64,000 nucleotides of DNA from NCBI GenBank assembly GCA_000092065.1, contig CP000595.1. One strand, given 5' to 3'. Below, one piece after another: positions 17,184-27,462 of the stretch. Source of the DNA: Ostreococcus lucimarinus. Lineage: Eukaryota. A program made the translations under genes and the position numbers. Numbering within the stretch: position 1 is the first letter of the stretch; the number at the start of each line of letters is the position of its first letter. Under the pieces are notes generated by a model. The model worked only from the letters and a program-made list of their open reading frames with translations. It had not been told where the DNA came from and made no database searches.

Positions 17184-19385
17184 ATGGCGCGGGCGTCGAC
17201 GCGCGACGCGCGCGACGCGCGCGACGCGCGACGGCGCGACGGCGCGGTGCGTCGACGCGGGAGACGCGCGGTGACGGCGATGACGACGCTCGCGATGATG
17301 ACGCTCGCGGTGACGCGCGCGCGCGCGGACGGCGCGACGACGACGACGACGACGACGACGACGGATCGCGCGAGTCGCGAGAGCGCGATGGGCGACGCGG
17401 GAGGGCCGAGGGATGGGATTCCGCACCCGGCGGCGGCGGCGGCGCGCGAACGCGAACGCGAACGCGAGGACGAGGACGCGGCGCGGACGACGGGCGCGAA
17501 AACATCGCGAGTGGACGACGAACGGAAAAAGTACGTCGATGATTTGCTCGAGGAGGAGTCGGTGGACGATCGAAGGCGGGCGCGGTCGGCGAGCGCGTCG
17601 AGGGCGTCGAGGGCGCGAGCGAGACGCGCGGCGGCGGAGTGGATCGAGGCGTACGTCGAGGGCACGGCGACGAGAGACGCGAGCGGGTGGGACGACGGCG
17701 AGGCGTGGTTCGCGCTCGGGCACGCGCGCAGGTACGGGTTGATCGAGGGACGGGAGATGGACGAGGGGGGGGCGATGGAGTGCTTGCGGCGCGCGGCGGA
17801 GCTGGGGGACGCGGCGGCGCACGACGAGTTGGGGTTCACGTACGCGAGTGGATGGGACGGCACGCCGCGCGATGGCGCGAAGAGCGTGCTGCACTATTAC
17901 TTCGCCGCGAACGCGGGGAGCGTGCGAGCGATGATGGCGCTGGGGTATCGACACAAGCACGGCATCGACGTTCCCGAGTCGTGCGAGACGGCGGTGTTGT
18001 ACTATCACGAGGCGGCGAAAATCGTCGTGGAAGAGGCGGCCAAACGCACGCCGGGGGTGCTGCCGTTTCAGATTGAAAAACACCGTCTCAGCGCGGAGAT
18101 GAGCGGGAGTAATCTCGCGGCGAGGCGCGAGCGGGATTTGGTGCAGTATTATCGTTACAGCGCCGACATGGGCAACGTGGACGCGCAGGTGACGATGGGT
18201 CGGTTGTACTCGCTCGGCGCCCGCGGGTTGCGCAAAGACGTCGGCGCCGCGCGTAAATACTTGACGGACGCCGCGAACGCGGGAGACGCGACGGCGATGG
18301 CAAATTTAGGAAACATGTACGCCAACGGGTTCGGCGTCGACGTCGACAACGCCACGGCGTTGCACTGGTTTCGCAAGGCGGCGAAGAAAGGCAACGCCAT
18401 GGGGCGGTACGGGCTCGGGTACATGACGCTCGCCGGTCACGGCGTGGCTCAAGATCACGCGTTGGCGGTGCAGTACCTGAACCAAGCCGCTGAGCAAGGG
18501 CTTTCCGACGCGCGATACTTTCTCGGCGTCTTGCACTTGCGAGGCATCGGCGTCAAGCAAGATTTCACAAAGGCGTATCATCACTTCAACATCGCTTCGC
18601 ACGTCGGGCACGAGGTTGCGACGTATAATTTGGCGATGATGCAGTTGAACGGCATGGGGTTTCCGTCGTCGTGCGCGTCCGCGAGCGCGTTACTGAAACA
18701 ACTCGCCGAACGAGGACACTGGGCGACGCCGATGGAGCACGCGTACGCGGCGTACATGCGTCGTGACTACCGCGGCGCGCTCTTGCGTTACATGAAAATG
18801 GCAGAGATGGGAATCGAGATCGCTCAAGCCAACGCCGCGTTCTTGCTCGAACAAAGACTCGGTGACGAAGGTCGATTCCGCGAGGACACTCAGGTGAACC
18901 CAGAGGCGCCGAGCACGGCGACGCGCGCGCTCCACTACCATCGACTCGCGGCGACGCAAGGTAACGTCAAGTCGCTTCTTCGCATCGGTGACGCGTATTA
19001 CTGCGGCAAAGGCGCGAACGTCTCGCTCACGAAATCTATCGCCGCCTATCGCCAAGCGAGCGAACAGAGAAATCCGCACGCGATGTTCAATCTCGCGCAC
19101 ATGCACGAGCACGGCATCGGCATGCAAAAAGACTTGCACCTCGCCAAGCGTTACTACGACATGATCCTCAACAACGCCCCAGACGCCACCATCATCGTGC
19201 ACCTGGCCCTCAAAAAGCTCGTGCTCCATCAGTGGATCATCGACAACAAGGACACCATCTTGCGCGTCGCCAAAGAAATCCACGCGAGTCCGACGGCGCA
19301 ATTCGTCGACTTCGTCGTCGTCGTCGGCGCCGCGGCGTTGCTTTGTTTCGTCCTTCTCCTTCGCGTCGGACTCGCTCGCGGGTGA
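17184..19385 (+). CDS. Sel1-repeat protein, SEL1L/Hrd3-like ERAD component (multiple Sel1 repeats plus a C-terminal transmembrane anchor)
   Basis: Many Sel1 (TPR-like) repeats (…AMMALGYRHKHGIDVPESCETAVLYYHEAA…, …MANLGNMYANGFGVDVDNATALHWFRKAAKKGN…, …AMFNLAHMHEHGIGMQKDLHLAKRYY…) and a C-terminal hydrophobic helix (FVDFVVVVGAAALLCFVLLL). The start is probably at the internal MTTLAMMTLAV signal peptide near 17280. Confidence 0.8.
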   Translation: MARASTRDARDARDARRRDGAVRRRGRRAVTAMTTLAMMTLAVTRARADGATTTTTTTTTDRASRESAMGDAGGPRDGIPHPAAAAAREREREREDEDAARTTGAKTSRVDDERKKYVDDLLEEESVDDRRRARSASASRASRARARRAAAEWIEAYVEGTATRDASGWDDGEAWFALGHARRYGLIEGREMDEGGAMECLRRAAELGDAAAHDELGFTYASGWDGTPRDGAKSVLHYYFAANAGSVRAMMALGYRHKHGIDVPESCETAVLYYHEAAKIVVEEAAKRTPGVLPFQIEKHRLSAEMSGSNLAARRERDLVQYYRYSADMGNVDAQVTMGRLYSLGARGLRKDVGAARKYLTDAANAGDATAMANLGNMYANGFGVDVDNATALHWFRKAAKKGNAMGRYGLGYMTLAGHGVAQDHALAVQYLNQAAEQGLSDARYFLGVLHLRGIGVKQDFTKAYHHFNIASHVGHEVATYNLAMMQLNGMGFPSSCASASALLKQLAERGHWATPMEHAYAAYMRRDYRGALLRYMKMAEMGIEIAQANAAFLLEQRLGDEGRFREDTQVNPEAPSTATRALHYHRLAATQGNVKSLLRIGDAYYCGKGANVSLTKSIAAYRQASEQRNPHAMFNLAHMHEHGIGMQKDLHLAKRYYDMILNNAPDATIIVHLALKKLVLHQWIIDNKDTILRVAKEIHASPTAQFVDFVVVVGAAALLCFVLLLRVGLARG

Positions 19386-19431
19386 AAACGACCGTCGCTC
19401 GCTTTGTAAACCATTCGTACGACTAGCCATT

Positions 19432-19470
19432 CCGCCTTCGCCTCGCCTTCGCCTTCGCCTTCGCCGTTCG
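19432..19470. repeat. (CGCCTT)n hexanucleotide microsatellite
   Basis: ccgccttcgcctcgccttcgccttcgccttcgcc in the 3' UTR of the Sel1 gene; a TGTAA lies at 19405–19409. Confidence 0.85.
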
Positions 19471-19531
19471 CGCCGTCCCCACACCGAGTCGCGACCGATC
19501 GCGCGCGCGCTCGTCCGCGGCCGATCGTTCG

Positions 19532-19750
19532 ATGTCCGCGCTCTTCGACTTCAAGTCCTTCCTCACCACGCTCCTGCTCTTCATCTGCGCGTGCACGTAC
19601 GTCAAACTTCGCGCGCCCGGGTTGTTGGATTCTCACCGCACCGGGTTTCGAGGTGTTTTCTGGAAAGCCGCGCGCGTGGGCGAGCGTCTATCGCCGTGGG
19701 TCAGCGTCGCGTGCGCGTACATGTCAGTGCAAACGCTGTTCGGGTGGTAG
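19532..19750 (+). CDS. protein Kish (TMEM167-family small Golgi/secretory-pathway membrane protein), 72 aa
   Basis: MSALFDFKSFLTTLLLFICACTYVKLRAPGLLDSHRTGFRGVFWKAARVGERLSPWVSVACAYMSV aligns residue-for-residue with conserved Kish/TMEM167 sequences ([25 protein letters not shown]…GERKSPYVA…). It is a short gene easily lost to ORF length cut-offs. Confidence 0.85.
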   Translation: MSALFDFKSFLTTLLLFICACTYVKLRAPGLLDSHRTGFRGVFWKAARVGERLSPWVSVACAYMSVQTLFGW

Positions 19751-19786
19751 TCGTCGAGAGAGGCGGCGCTGAGGCACGCGGGACGG

Positions 19787-22700
19787 TTGAGCGGGGACGA
19801 GCGGGACGGACGAGCGCGCGCGGAACGACGCGCGGCGAGGCGAAGGACGATGAGCGCCAAGGCGAGCTTGATGAAGACGCTCAAGGCGGCGAACGAGGCG
19901 TTGAAAGCCGGGGACGCCGCGAGCGCGCGAGGTTTGGCGAAGGAGGCGATCGAGGCGGACGGGGACGCGTACGAAGCGTGGGTCATGGATGGAAAGGCGG
20001 CGAACGCGCTCGGGGCGCTCGATGACGCGGTGAAATCGTACGAGCGTGCGATTGAGATCAGAAGCGAGCATCCAGCGGCGTATCAAGGGTTGAATGAGAC
20101 GTTCGCGGCGAAAGGTGATGTCGTGGGGCGGTTGCGCGCGTTGCGAGCGCTCGTCGACGCGCATCGAGCGAGCGGGAAGGTGGACAAACTCGTCGAGTTT
20201 TTGAAACAAGCGTGCGCGTGCGCGTGGGAAAACGCGCAATGGTCGCGCGTGATTGAGTTCTGCGGTGAGATGGGCGAGTTTCGCACGGGAGAGGTGGACG
20301 AAGTGACGCGCGTTGAGTCGGTCAAACGCGCGTGCGACGGCGCGTTGGCTTTGCGCGACGCGCGCGCCGCCGAGGCGGGAGAGGCGGCGGTGCAAATGCT
20401 TCGTTCGAAGACTATTGCGAGTAAGGCTGAAGAAGAAGCTGTGCGCAAGTTGGGTGCGCGAGCGTCGCACGCCGTGGACGACGAAGACTTGGCGACGACC
20501 CTGCGAGCTTGGCTGAGCGAAGACGTCGCCAACGCGTCGTACGATTCACGGACGCACGCCGCGGAATTGGATCGACTCGACGCCCGTCTGGCTGCTGCGC
20601 TTTCGGGATCGGTCGACTGCGACTTCGATGTCAGAGCGTGCGCACGTGAGGCGCTGACTGAGGCTACTGTACTCATCGATCGATGGGGCGAAGTCGTCAT
20701 TGATCTCGTCGAGCCGCTGTGCGTGGAAATCGTCGCCGCGCTCGAACTCGGTTTAGATTGCGAAGAAGAGGGATGGGATGATAACGAGGTCGAGGATGAA
20801 GATGAGGCGAAAGTCATACGTTTGCTCGAGCGCGTGCTCGCTTTACGGGCGAACACGATCGCGTCAGGCTGGCTCGCGCTCAGGGACTCGCGTCGAAGCG
20901 GCGCATTTACGCATTCATGCCGTCCCGCGACTCCTCCTCGAGAAGACGCCAGAGGTTTGCTGACGCCGGAGCTTCGGGACGAAATTGTAACCACGCTCAA
21001 TCGCGATGACGAGTCGAAAGTGAGCCATGCGTCCGCCGCAATCGGCTGGCTTGCGTTGGCGGAGTCCATGCTCGTCGGCGGCGAGCGTGCGGACGTGCAC
21101 GCGCTTCAGGCCGCGACCACGGCGATGAAAATCATGCGCGAAGACATCACAACAGATGCATTACCGAAAATGTCCCGACGGGTTTTGATGGTGCACGCTG
21201 AGGCTATGCTTCGCGTAGGGATGTTTCAAGAGGCGAGGGCTGCGTTTGTCGTGCTTGAAGGTCCGCGAGCGGCGCGAGGATTGGCGACGTACGCGTTCAA
21301 CGCGCACCCTCCCGATTACGAGCGCGCTTTGCAGTTACTCTCCGACGCCGCCGAGACTTACCCTAACGTGCGACGCGTGGGCGTTGAGCTCGGATGGCTC
21401 ATGACCATTGCTGGATCTTCAGAGCGTCGAGCCGAGGGGTTGGAGACGCTCGAGCGAGCGTGCGGCGTAAAGTCAGGTGAGCCGTTGTCGACGACGACGC
21501 CCGCTGATGCAAGTGCGCGACTCGGAATCGCTAGATGGCGCGCTCAAGTCTCAGCGGCGAAGGGGCCAGGGAGCGCGCACGAGGCGTTACTCATCGGCGC
21601 CGCGGGCGATTCGGCGCATCGCGCGGCGGCTTTCGCGCATCTCGGTCTTTCGTGCGGTGCAAGCGGCGATGACGCGCGCGCGCAAAAGTGTCACGCGCGT
21701 GCGCTGGCACTCGACGCTGCGGACCCGACATCTGGGCCTGTGGCGTTTACGAACGCGTTGGACGCGAACGACGACGCCAAGGCGACGTCCATTTGCCGCG
21801 CTGCGCTCGCCGTGGATTCGCGGTGCTCCTGGGCGGCGAACAGACTCGCGCCAATGTGCGCTCGTATCGGTGATCACAGCGGTGCCATTGGCGCCTTACA
21901 AGTAGTCTTGCGTGTTTCTCCTCGAAACGCCAGCGCCTGGGAAGCTTTAGGTGCGTCGTACAACAGTCTCGGTAGGCATTCCGCCGCGCTCAAAGCATTC
22001 GAGCGAGCGATGGAGTTGAGCGATGAAGCGGGCGAGGGAGTTCGCTCATACGCGGCTTCGCAAACAGGACACATTTATTTGGCGCTAGGATCCTCCGCAG
22101 ACGCTATTGAGGCTTACGACAAAGCACTAAGCGATGGCGTCGATCATTTAGCCGCCTTGTTTGGTTCGGCGAGCGCTCACTCGTATTACGCCAAAGGCGC
22201 GTTGCGCTGGGGCGCTCCGGGACGCGCCGCGGTATCACTAAAAGCCGCAACAAAAGCAGGGAAACGCGCGGTAGAAATCATGGGCGACGGCGCCACCGCA
22301 ACGGTTTGGAAGTTGCTAGGGGACATTCATCACCTCGCAGCGCAAGTCAATGATCCAGCGCTCGGGAAGGACTTCACATCCATGCTTGCCGCGCGAACGA
22401 CCGAAGCTCGCAGCGCGGTCGAGGCGTACGGAAAGGCATTGAACCTAAAACCCGACCGTCCCGGTCGATGGCGTGACGTCGTTGCTGCGCTGCGATTGCA
22501 AACCGAGATTCACAAACTTTCAGGCGACGTCGCAGCTGCGGAGGCGAGCGCGGCAAAGGCGTGGGAACGCGCCGCGGGCTACCTTCGAGTCGCCCCAGGC
22601 GACCCGTTCGCCTGGTTCGCCGCGGCAGCGATCGATGATCCTGCCGTAATTTCAGACGCTGTGCGCACTGAGCGAAAAATCACCGCTTTATCTCGCGCCG

Positions 22701-23911
22701 TCGCACTCAATCCCACGTTTGCTCAAGCGTGGTGCGCGCTGGGCCGTTTGTATCTATCATCGGGCGACGTCGGCGAGGCGACTTTATCGCTTGACAGCGC
22801 GCGTATCGCCGACCCAAGCAGTGGTGATGCGTGGACAGCGACTGCAGCTTTGCACATAGCCACTGGTAAATTAGCTGAAGGACGCGGCGCGTTCCGTATG
22901 GCGGCGGCGCTTGGCGCCGGCGCGGAGGCAGATTTGGGATGTGCGCTCACGGCGTGCGCTTCTGGGTTGACTTATGCCAAAGATGCTTACGCGGCTGCTC
23001 GTCGGGCGAGTGAAAGTTTACCCGTTGATTCTACAGCGGCGATCGCACTCGCCCTTTGCGCCGAATGCCGAGGGTTGTTTGAGGAAGCCGAAGATGCAGC
23101 GGCGCACGCAGTGGCGTCGCTCGAAAACGTCCCTGCGCTGGGCGGCGATCCAAACGTCATACGAACCGTCGCAGAAGAATGCCGCGCTCGAGTGTCGCAA
23201 AGACGGTTGGACGATTCCGACTCAACCGCATCCACGAGTGTTGATGGAGACTTTGAGAACACGCTTGAACGCGCCAAACTTTTGGTGCATGCGCGACCCG
23301 GAGATTTGAAGATGCAGGACGCTTTGACGCGCGTGGCGTCGTGCGCCCCAGATCACCAAACAGTCGTTTCGGCCCTCTCTGCATGCCCACCATCTTCACC
23401 AAACGGTGACTATCGCGTTCAATCTTCGCTCGCGCGCGCTGCGGCGGCGTGCGCCTTGAACGCGTCGACCGTTGTCGGCGACGCCGAGGGCTCGGCTCGA
23501 GCCAATCGATTCGTTGCGCGCGCGACGATGCTCGATCCATCCTCTACAGAGTCCCTCGAACTGCTCAACATCGTTCTCGATCGACGTAAGGGCATCGTTC
23601 GAGAAGCCACGCAATCGGAAGCACACGAGCTCCACGCCGCGCTCAAGTCTGCCTTGACGCAGAGCGCCGCCGGCGATTCAGCCTCCGCCGAAGCCGCCGC
23701 GCGCGCCGTCGTCAATCGCGAGCCCATCACCGACGCCGCGCAAGCCGCCGCTCGTCTCATCCTCGCTTCGTTTCTCATCGAACGCTCTCGACGCGACGGC
23801 GACGCCAAACCGGCGAAGGAGGCGATCAAGGTATTGGCGAAGATTCCATCCGAAGCCGGCGCTCGAGTCGCCGATCTCGCGGCGGCGCTGGCCGACGCCG
23901 TGTCGGGATGA
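19787..23911 (+). CDS. large TPR-repeat protein, Ski3/TTC37 (SKI-complex scaffold)-like
   Basis: 1374-aa uninterrupted frame made almost entirely of TPR-like helical repeats (…AYQGLNETFAAKGD…, …AWEALGASYNSLGRHSAALKAFERAMEL…, …AQAWCALGRLYLSSGDVGEA…). The likely start is the ATG near 19850 (MSAKASL…). The Ski3 assignment rests on size and repeat architecture and is tentative. Confidence 0.75.
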   Translation: MSGDERDGRARAERRAARRRTMSAKASLMKTLKAANEALKAGDAASARGLAKEAIEADGDAYEAWVMDGKAANALGALDDAVKSYERAIEIRSEHPAAYQGLNETFAAKGDVVGRLRALRALVDAHRASGKVDKLVEFLKQACACAWENAQWSRVIEFCGEMGEFRTGEVDEVTRVESVKRACDGALALRDARAAEAGEAAVQMLRSKTIASKAEEEAVRKLGARASHAVDDEDLATTLRAWLSEDVANASYDSRTHAAELDRLDARLAAALSGSVDCDFDVRACAREALTEATVLIDRWGEVVIDLVEPLCVEIVAALELGLDCEEEGWDDNEVEDEDEAKVIRLLERVLALRANTIASGWLALRDSRRSGAFTHSCRPATPPREDARGLLTPELRDEIVTTLNRDDESKVSHASAAIGWLALAESMLVGGERADVHALQAATTAMKIMREDITTDALPKMSRRVLMVHAEAMLRVGMFQEARAAFVVLEGPRAARGLATYAFNAHPPDYERALQLLSDAAETYPNVRRVGVELGWLMTIAGSSERRAEGLETLERACGVKSGEPLSTTTPADASARLGIARWRAQVSAAKGPGSAHEALLIGAAGDSAHRAAAFAHLGLSCGASGDDARAQKCHARALALDAADPTSGPVAFTNALDANDDAKATSICRAALAVDSRCSWAANRLAPMCARIGDHSGAIGALQVVLRVSPRNASAWEALGASYNSLGRHSAALKAFERAMELSDEAGEGVRSYAASQTGHIYLALGSSADAIEAYDKALSDGVDHLAALFGSASAHSYYAKGALRWGAPGRAAVSLKAATKAGKRAVEIMGDGATATVWKLLGDIHHLAAQVNDPALGKDFTSMLAARTTEARSAVEAYGKALNLKPDRPGRWRDVVAALRLQTEIHKLSGDVAAAEASAAKAWERAAGYLRVAPGDPFAWFAAAAIDDPAVISDAVRTERKITALSRAVALNPTFAQAWCALGRLYLSSGDVGEATLSLDSARIADPSSGDAWTATAALHIATGKLAEGRGAFRMAAALGAGAEADLGCALTACASGLTYAKDAYAAARRASESLPVDSTAAIALALCAECRGLFEEAEDAAAHAVASLENVPALGGDPNVIRTVAEECRARVSQRRLDDSDSTASTSVDGDFENTLERAKLLVHARPGDLKMQDALTRVASCAPDHQTVVSALSACPPSSPNGDYRVQSSLARAAAACALNASTVVGDAEGSARANRFVARATMLDPSSTESLELLNIVLDRRKGIVREATQSEAHELHAALKSALTQSAAGDSASAEAAARAVVNREPITDAAQAAARLILASFLIERSRRDGDAKPAKEAIKVLAKIPSEAGARVADLAAALADAVSG

Positions 23912-23951
23912 TGCTGCGTCACCGTCGCACTTCCGCGCGCGCGTTCGTCAG

Positions 23952-25172
23952 ATGTCGAGAACGACGCACGTATGTCTCGCGCTCTCACCGCTCGCGGTGC
24001 GATCGCACGGTCGACACCGCGTGCCGACGGTGCATACCGCGCGCTCGCGCGTCGGGACGCCGCGGCTTTGGCTTCGGGACGCGCGACGTCTCGCCTCGCT
24101 CGCATCGCGCGATGAAGACGACGTCGTTCTCATTGAGTCACAGAACGTGAATGATGAACGTGACGAGAGCGCCGCGCGCGTCGCGGCGACGCCGGTACCG
24201 CCGCGGTGGGATGTCGCCGTCAACGCGGAGACGCTCAAAGAAATCGTAAACTTTGGCTTTGAGCGATTTGGATTTGAAGATGACTCGGATGCGTTGAACG
24301 CTTTGGCGCGGGCGTTGAACTCCAACTGCGACCGCGGTTTAGAAACGATGGGTGACGTGGAAACGAACCGACGCGTATGGGGCGCGAACACGACGCGACC
24401 ATACCCGACAAAGTCGATTTGGGATTTTGCGTTCGAGGCGCTCGAGGACGTCACGTTGCGCGTACTCGTAATCAGCGGTGCGTTGTCGCTCGTGTTGGAA
24501 ACGTCCATCGGGGGCGATGATTCAGAGTATAGTTGGGCGAATGGAGCTGCGATACTTCTCGCGGTGTGCATCATCGTCGTCGTGGAGTGCGTGAACAACA
24601 ACGAAAAACAGAGATCGTTTGTCAATCTCAACGCACGAAGCGAACAGACAAACGTCGCGAGCATTTTACGCGGTGGGAATCGTGAGCTTTTGAGGAAGAG
24701 TGAAGTCGTCGTTGGAGACGTCGTGGAGCTGCAAGCGGGAGACGTTGCACCGTGTGATGGCTTAGTGATCGAGAGTGCGGCGTTTTTGGTCGATCAAAGT
24801 CACATTACCGGCGAGAGCGATGATATTGAAAAGAATCGTCAATCGATAATTTTCGCTGGAAGCAAAGTCACGTCTGGACGCGGATCGATCCTGTCGATCG
24901 GCGTCGGTGAGAATTCGTCTAGTGGACAAATTGCAGAGATGATCAATGTCGGTGCCGAAGAGTTCACGCCGCTGCAGTTGCAACTGCAGGCGCTTGCCGT
25001 CAAAATTGGTCGCTGGGGCATCAGCGCCGCATTGGTCGTCGGTTTCATTTTAAGCTTTACGCTCGTATTTGACGCAATTCAAGGGACTGGTCCGCCCATC
25101 GAGGCGCTCGGTTTGGATTTCTTGCATATCGTCATCATCGCCATCACCATCGTCGTCGTATCGGTGCCCGAG
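23952..25172 (+). CDS. plasma-membrane-type Ca2+-transporting P-type ATPase (type IIB), exon 1
   Basis: PMCA-like N-terminus (…ETNRRVWGANTTRPYPTKSIWDFAFEALEDVTLRVLVISGALSLVLE…, TGES motif HITGESDD); the exon ends …VSVPE directly before a GTGCGT donor at 25173. Confidence 0.9.
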
Positions 25173-25482
25173 GTGCGTGGGAAAGCGTTTTTCTTTTTTT
25201 CGTGCTCGAGCGCCGGTGGTGTTCTGTGATGATTGAGTAAATTTCTCTGAATTCGTTGACGAAACTACTCTGTCTGCCGACTTCCCTCTGAGAACGCCAC
25301 CGAAAAGCTTTGAGCGCGCGACTTCCATTCATTTCTGTGATGATTGAGTAAAGTTCTCTGAATTCATTGACGAAACTACTCTGTCTGCCGACTTCCCTCT
25401 GAGATTTGAATGGTCGTGACGCGGATTGACTTTTTCACGCGCAACCTCGACTGACAATACCTCGTTTCCTTTCGCAACACAG
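25173..25482 (+). other. spliceosomal intron (GT…AG, 310 nt, phase 0) of the Ca-ATPase gene; contains an internal 109-bp tandem duplication
   Basis: Donor gag|GTGCGT at 25173, a polypyrimidine tract, and acceptor tttcgcaacacAG| at 25482. Splicing restores the invariant P-type ATPase PEGLPLAVT motif (…VPE|GLPLAVTLALA…). The unspliced frame runs into a stop at 25229. Confidence 0.85.
25224..25404. repeat. about 1.7 copies of a 109-bp direct repeat inside the intron (two near-identical 72-bp cores)
   Basis: ttctgtgatgattgagtaaa[t/g]ttctctgaattc[g/a]ttgacgaaactactctgtctgccgacttccctctgaga occurs at 25224–25295 and 25333–25404, about 97% identical. Confidence 0.85.
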
Positions 25483-27438
25483 GGCTTACCACTCGCCGTG
25501 ACGCTCGCTCTGGCATTTTCCGTCAGGCGCATGCTCGAGTTGTCCATGCTCGTCCGCGTCCTAGGCTCCGCCGAAACCACAGGCGAAGTCACGGCTTTGC
25601 TCATCGACAAGACTGGGACGGTGACTGAAAACGACCAACGCGTTAATCGCGCGTGGATCGCGGGTGTAGATATCGGACCTCTAACGAGCAAAAGCGTGAC
25701 GTGGGCGAGTGAAATTGCAAACAAGACGCGAAACGAGCCAACGCTCGATCCTCGCGTGGTGAAACTCCTGTCGATTTTGCTCGCAATGAACTCGACCATA
25801 ACCTACGATGCCAAAGGGCAAATTTTGCGAGGAGCAAAGGCGGAAATCGCGCTGTTACGATTCGTTAACTCAATGAACAACGACGAATTGTTCGTCGCTA
25901 CGATTCGTAAGTACTTCCCTTTGGTCAAGCTCTTTCCATTCAACACTTCCAGAAAGCGCATGTGCACGCTCTTCACACTTCGCGACGGCATCAACGACGA
26001 CGAAATGGGAGACGTGATCGTTCGTGCGGTCACGAAGGGCGCATCTCAAGACATGTTGAACTTGTGTTCATCTGTCATGGACGAAAACGGCGCCCATCAT
26101 CCACTCGACGCCGCTACGAAGGATCAGCTGTCGAAAAAGTTTCTCGAATGGCAAGATGACGCGGAAAGGGTATTACTCGTCGCGTATAAGGACATCGAAC
26201 GCGATCTCATCACAACGCATGAAGCGACGAATATTTGCAGTCGAATGAGCGCCAGCGACGCTGAATCCGACCTCACGCTCGTCGCAGCAATCGGGATGTG
26301 CGACCCTTTGAGGCCAGAATCCACGAAGAGCGTGCGTTTATGTCGCCGCTCTGGCGTCGCAGTGAAGATGGTCACTGGGGATTCGTTGTCCACCGCTACC
26401 GCGGTGGCAAGGAGATGCGGAATACTCGATGAAAAAGACATGAGCACCGAAGCAACGATGACGGGTGAAGCGTTTCGAGAAGCAATTCGTGGAGAAGAGG
26501 GTCAAGAAATCGATCAATCGAAACTCGATGCCATTTGGCCGAATTTGCGAGTGCTCGCTCGCGCGTCGCCACAAGACAAATTCATCCTTACCGATGGTAT
26601 ACGCAACACAAAGCTATCGGGACGAAAAGAAGTTGTAGGGGTTGTAGGCGACGGCACAAACGACGCGCCCGCACTTCGACGCGCCAATGTCGGTTTCGCT
26701 TTAGGCTCGGGGACGGAGTGCGCCAGAGATGCAAGCGATATTGTTCTTCTGCAGGACGATTTTTCTTCCGTCGTCGACGCCATTCGTTACGGCAGGAACG
26801 TGTTTGAATCAATCGAAAAGTTTATCACGTTCCAACTGACGGCGAATTGTACGACAATCATTCTGTCCACCGGCTGCGCACTTGTGTATGCGAAGAGCCC
26901 GCTGAACGCCATCGAGCTATTGTTTGTCAATCTTGTCATCGATTCGTTGGCAAGCTTAGCGCTCGCGACGGATGAGCCGAGCGACGACGTGATGCGACAG
27001 CCTCCGTCAGATGCGAGCAACCTCATCACGTCAACCATGCGGCTCAATATCTTCACCCAAGTTTCGTATCAGCTCGCCGTCATGGCGTACTTGCTCAACG
27101 AATTCGGCCCGGAAGACACCCAAATCTACTGTTGCTTCGTCTTGCTTCAGCTCGCGAATCAAATCAACTGTCGCAAAGTTACCACGGAGGTCAACGTTTT
27201 CAAGGGTGCGACGAAGAACAAGCTCTTCGTGAGCCTCTTGACGAGCGAGATTTTGCTCCATGTCGCCATCGTGCAAGCGGGCGGCGCGGTGTTTCACACC
27301 TCTCCGCTCAATGCGGGAGAGTGGCTGCGATGCACCGCGTTCGCGCTCGGGGCGATTCCTCTGCGCGCATTGTTCGTGACATTTTTTGTTTCACTCTTCG
27401 CCGCGTTTCGGGAAGAGGACGCGTTGCACCATCACTAG
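25483..27438 (+). CDS. plasma-membrane-type Ca2+-transporting P-type ATPase, exon 2
   Basis: PEGLPLAVT (TM4), phosphorylation motif IDKTGTVTEN, VTGDSLSTA (TGD), GDGTNDAPAL hinge, and C-terminal transmembrane helices. Confidence 0.9.
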   Translation, partial: GLPLAVTLALAFSVRRMLELSMLVRVLGSAETTGEVTALLIDKTGTVTENDQRVNRAWIAGVDIGPLTSKSVTWASEIANKTRNEPTLDPRVVKLLSILLAMNSTITYDAKGQILRGAKAEIALLRFVNSMNNDELFVATIRKYFPLVKLFPFNTSRKRMCTLFTLRDGINDDEMGDVIVRAVTKGASQDMLNLCSSVMDENGAHHPLDAATKDQLSKKFLEWQDDAERVLLVAYKDIERDLITTHEATNICSRMSASDAESDLTLVAAIGMCDPLRPESTKSVRLCRRSGVAVKMVTGDSLSTATAVARRCGILDEKDMSTEATMTGEAFREAIRGEEGQEIDQSKLDAIWPNLRVLARASPQDKFILTDGIRNTKLSGRKEVVGVVGDGTNDAPALRRANVGFALGSGTECARDASDIVLLQDDFSSVVDAIRYGRNVFESIEKFITFQLTANCTTIILSTGCALVYAKSPLNAIELLFVNLVIDSLASLALATDEPSDDVMRQPPSDASNLITSTMRLNIFTQVSYQLAVMAYLLNEFGPEDTQIYCCFVLLQLANQINCRKVTTEVNVFKGATKNKLFVSLLTSEILLHVAIVQAGGAVFHTSPLNAGEWLRCTAFALGAIPLRALFVTFFVSLFAAFREEDALHHH

Positions 27439-27462
27439 AATTTTTAGATTACATCAGAACTT

